Assembly: GCA_964016885.1 (NCBI GenBank)
Contig: OZ024741.1
Coordinates: forward strand, 342,116,001 to 342,180,000
Source: Eledone cirrhosa
Taxonomy: Eukaryota
Length of the DNA: 64,000 nucleotides
Direction of reading: 5' to 3'
Below, one piece after another: positions 60,401 to 64,000 of the stretch. Position 1 is the stretch's first letter, and every line of letters starts with the position of its first letter. Below the pieces are notes generated by a model. That model saw only the letters and a list, made by a program, of their open reading frames with translations. It made no database searches and had not been told where the DNA came from. The position numbers and the translations under genes are program-made.

Positions 60401-61987
60401 CTAGTATGTGAGGGCATGTGGCTTAGTGGTTAGAGCCACAGTTCAATGGCTGAAAACCAATAAAAGAGTATATCCCATATATATTGATATTTCATGATTA
60501 GTTGGTGATTAACCTTGTTGACATCAAAGATGAAAAAATGGAAATTATCATGTTCATGTCTTTGATTGAGAAAGGCATGAACATGATAAACAAAATAATT
60601 ACTCCTAGAATATAACATCATTATAAGTTTAACAGCTATGGTCTTTCAATGAGATATAGTGCTGGTGGTATGATGAAATGCACCCAGTACACTCTGTAAA
60701 GTAGTTGTCATTTGGAAATGTATCCAGCTGTAAAAACTTTGCCAAGACTGGAATGTATGTAAGAAAGATGTGGCTCTCCTCACTCCACTCCCACCCCAGC
60801 CAGTCTAGTCTAAGAGGACAGTAGTTCAGATTAAGTACTGGCTTGTTTTGACATTTGTACATTATTCTATGTACTATATATGCACCTTTGATAAGTTGTA
60901 GTGCACCTGAGCACTGTACACAATAATTTCATTATTATTATTATTAACCCAAAGGGCAGTGGATTGGCAGTATCGCTAGAGAGTGTACTGGGTTTATTTT
61001 ATTGTAGCACCAACATTACCATTTTACAGTGTACTGGGTGTGTTTTATTGTGAAACCTGCACCACTTCTGTTGTGGGTGGACTGAGTATGTTTTATCATG
61101 GTGCCACTATCTATCAATATCATCCATCTTTTCTGAGTTGCTATCGTGGCAACCTCTCTCGTGTTGACAATCTACATGATAAATGCACCCAGTACACATT
61201 GTACATTGGTTGGTGATAAGAAGGGCATCCAGCCATAGAAAGCTTACCAAACAAAAGGTTGGGAGGACCCTCTAGTTGTGTCAAAGACATGACAATCTCT
61301 CTAATGCTGATGCCATGATAAAATGCACTTTGTGAAATGCGGGACTGTATGTAAGCAAGATGCAAACCCCCAGCCTGTCTGTGAGGTTAGTGGCCCCACT
61401 TCAGTACTGACTCGGTCTGTGAAGACCTGTTCAACCTTTGCTTGCAGAGAAAGTAGACTTTCAAGGAGATGATACATATATACCCATCATTTCCTTATTT
61501 TTCTATTAATTACTATTTATGGGTTTCTCTCTATCAAAATGTGTTTTTATCCCTCATGGATTTCTATACTCCGTGTGTTTCTATCCTTCATGTATTTTTA
61601 TCCTAGATGTTTGTCTATACTCCACATGTTTCTATACCACAGATGTATCTATCCTACTCATGTTTCTATTCCACATGTTTTTCTATCCTCCATGTGGTTC
61701 ATACCTTCTATAGGTACTCCACTCCATGTACAGATCTTCCAAATGATGCTATCTTTCACAGGATCCAGAACATCATCATATTACATCCACTTTTCCATGC
61801 TTGCATGGGCTGGATGGGTCCTTTCCACCACAGCATTCCTTCTTATATAAATTGATATTTCACCTGTCCCTTTTCTTGTTCTTACAGTATATTATGGCAC
61901 CCCACAGGAGAAGAGAATACACTACTAGGATTAGCTGACAGCCATATTCTGCTCTGGGATCTCAATGTGGCCTCTGCTTCTGCAAAG
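57423..61987 (+). CDS. EIPR1: EARP/GARP-interacting protein 1 (EIPR1/TSSC1), WD40 protein; exons 1-5, 3' part outside the window
   Basis: Exons 57423-57464, 58855-58938, 59870-60002, 60179-60326, 61888-61987 splice in frame to [51 protein letters not shown]..., matching recalled human [18 protein letters not shown]...[10 protein letters not shown]. Confidence 0.95.
58855..58938 (+). CDS. EIPR1: EIPR1 exon 2 (ARALTAQ...RAENQ)
   Basis: TTTCAG acceptor, 84 nt, CAG|GTATGT donor. Confidence 0.95.
58954..59174. mobile_element. piggyBac-like MITE, 221 bp
   Basis: TTAA-ccctttagaa...tgctaaaggg-TTAA. Confidence 0.8.
59870..60002 (+). CDS. EIPR1: EIPR1 exon 3 ([11 protein letters not shown]...GEIWYISAS...TCYNK)
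   Basis: TTTTAG acceptor, 133 nt, GTATGT donor. Confidence 0.95.
60179..60326 (+). CDS. EIPR1: EIPR1 exon 4 ([15 protein letters not shown]...YGEIK)
   Basis: TTTTAG acceptor, 148 nt, phase 1-2, GTAAGC donor. Confidence 0.93.
61888..61987 (+). CDS. EIPR1: EIPR1 exon 5 ([25 protein letters not shown]...SAK)
   Basis: TTACAG acceptor, 100 nt, AAG|GTGAAC donor, WD40-type ILLWDL. Confidence 0.93.
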
Positions 61988-62249
61988 GTGAACTTTTATG
62001 TTTATTTTTGTTTGTTGTCTTGATTGAATAGTTGTTTGTGATTCCTACATCATAGTAATTAGACCAACTGTATCATGAGCAGAGACACAGGTAAATTGGC
62101 AAAGTTGTTAGAACGTCGGATAGAATACTTTTCGGTATTCCTTCCGGCTCTCTGCTCTTAGAGTTCAAATCCTGCTGAGGTCAACTTTGCCTTTCATCTT
62201 TTCAAGGTCAATAAAAAAAGTACCAGTCAAGTACCTATGTACTTAAAAA

Positions 62250-63000
62250 TAGTACCAGTCAATGCCTTTTACATTAAAAAAAACTGAGGCATCACCTTCC
62301 CTGAAGATGAAACAACCTTGGCCTTCTTTGGAGCAGGATTGTCTCTTTGTCTCTGGCTCAAAGTGATGAACCCAAAACTCATCCTGGGTTAGGATACATT
62401 TAAGGTTACCAGCTGGATTTGCTTCAAGCAATGTCAGATTTTCCTATGATGTTATCAGCCTGGTATGCTTTTGATCAGGTATCAGAAGACATGGCACCCA
62501 CTGAACAGAAAACTTTGTCATCCCAAGTTCTTTGTGCAGAATATTCTCAATTATCTCACGGTATATGCTAATAGCATTGACTATTTGATTTATAATCAGT
62601 ATGTGGTGAAGAAGATGATCAATGTTTTCCTCGGTGGTGGCAGTTTCAGGACGTCCAGACTTTGGGTCATCTTCAAGATTCTCCTTTCCCCTCCTAAATT
62701 CAACTGCCTACTTTTGAACTGTTGATAAAGCTGTAGCATCATCCTTTAGTGTAACAACCATGTCAGCATGAATGTCCTTGGAGGCCAAACCTTTTTTCTG
62801 CAGCTACATGATAACACCACAATGCCAAATTTTGTCCATTTTCAAGAGTCGTCGCTACTAGTTACTAGTCAGATGTCAATTTACCTGGAAAGAAACACTG
62901 TCGTTATTAATAAGAAGAGTTGAAATTAATGCATGCGAGATTTCACAGCTCTAGCATCACTCCTTCATGGTCACCCTATGAACTTTTCAGCCCACTGTCG
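62250..63000 (-). mobile_element. 5' half of a second mariner-family transposon
   Basis: ILTQDEFWVHHFEPETKRQS motif; terminal TA-cgacagtgggctgaaaagttc. Confidence 0.8.
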
Positions 63001-63129
63001 TATGAATATATAAATATGTGTGTATGTGTAGTATAAATGTATATATATATAAACAAAGAGGGTGTGGTAAGAGACCAGGTGGACCATAATACACCAGAGT
63101 ACTCAATACTTAGGGTAGTAGAGTGGGTA

Positions 63130-63252
63130 ATAGGAAAAGAGTCAGGACCCTGATGGCTGAGCTCTGGCTGTTTCGACAGCTAGACCCAAACTCAGTTTGG
63201 GTCTAGCTGTCGAAACAGCCGGAGCTCAGCCGTCGGGGGTCCTGACTCTTCC

Positions 63253-63255
<3 letters not shown>
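63130..63255. repeat. GC-rich palindrome, ~62-bp arms centred on 63193
   Basis: gagtcaggaccc...ggctgtttcgacagctagacccaaact-c-agtttgggtctagctgtcgaaacagcc...gggtcctgactc. Confidence 0.9.
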
Positions 63256-63284
<29 letters not shown>

Positions 63285-64000
63285 TAAATAAGACCGTTAT
63301 TGCTCCAATTAGTTTACCAACCCTCAGCAAACTCCCTAAACCAAAAGCTAACTAGTACTCATAACACTTGCCAAACAAACTGTACTCACTCTCCAAAGTC
63401 ATCAAATCAAGCGTGAACTACCCATTCTCCCAACCTCAGCTTCCACAACCAGACTGCAATAACCACCTAATAGGGAAGACAGACATTATCCAGCTGCAGC
63501 TATCATATTACATACTTTCTTTATAACAAAGCCAAAGCTATTACCTGCAATGACTACGACCCCAATACTTAATAGGCCATGCTCCATCCTCTCCCATAGT
63601 CCATCAACCTTAAACCCTCAAACTATCCACTTAGATATATATATGTATGCAAAAGGCAAACAGAAATAACAAAGCAAACAACACAGTACAATGAAGAAAT
63701 ATATTAGTTTTACACTTGATATGAGAGGAAAAGAGTCTTAACGAATCGGACGCTACTCCTTCGTTGGAAAATAGAATGAGAAATTAAAGAAGAAATAGAA
63801 AGATTGAAGAGAGTGAGCAGTGGCAGAAACAAAAAAAATTTCTTTGAGAAAAAATAGGTCTATTCAAGTCGCCATTTAAATATATATGTGTATATATGAA
63901 AAGATTGGGAAAATGGCGGGTAGCAGAGACCAGTACCAGCTAAAAAAGAAGTTAGACGACAGGTATACATAGCTCAGAGAGAACCTGAAGAAAGTAAATT

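Noticed and set aside
61520-61730. ORFs 61519-61855 as EIPR1 exons
   Set aside because: Degenerate ~20-bp repeat (tccacatgtttctat); EIPR1 exons 4 and 5 already join in phase without it.

Overview
AT-rich, repeat-saturated eukaryotic DNA. The tRNA-derived SINE families, (GAT)n-tailed RTE LINEs and dense microsatellites suggest a coleoid cephalopod such as Octopus (inference). Two host genes were reconstructed exon by exon with GT-AG boundaries and consistent phases. TRAPPC12 (TTC15) is complete on the minus strand (13 coding exons, 53511 to 30425, about 873 aa, probable 5'UTR exon ending at 56852). The first 5 exons of EIPR1 (TSSC1) lie on the plus strand (57423-61987, continuing beyond the window). 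They sit head-to-head about 0.6 kb apart, as in human. The rest is decayed RTE, CR1/L2, Ingi/Vingi and Penelope-like retroelements, two mariners, MITEs, SINEs and mini/microsatellites. Main leads: (1) minimal type-I hammerhead ribozyme motifs, including a 360-bp foldback carrying one hammerhead on each strand; (2) a 55-bp intronic minisatellite that is an array of 7 RFX X-box motifs; (3) a PHD finger inserted in the RTE reverse transcriptase; (4) a short RTE-derived element with an HDV-ribozyme-like leader; (5) a 1.26-kb CAT/CAC array continuous with an RTE tail. All comparisons with human proteins are from recall, not database searches.
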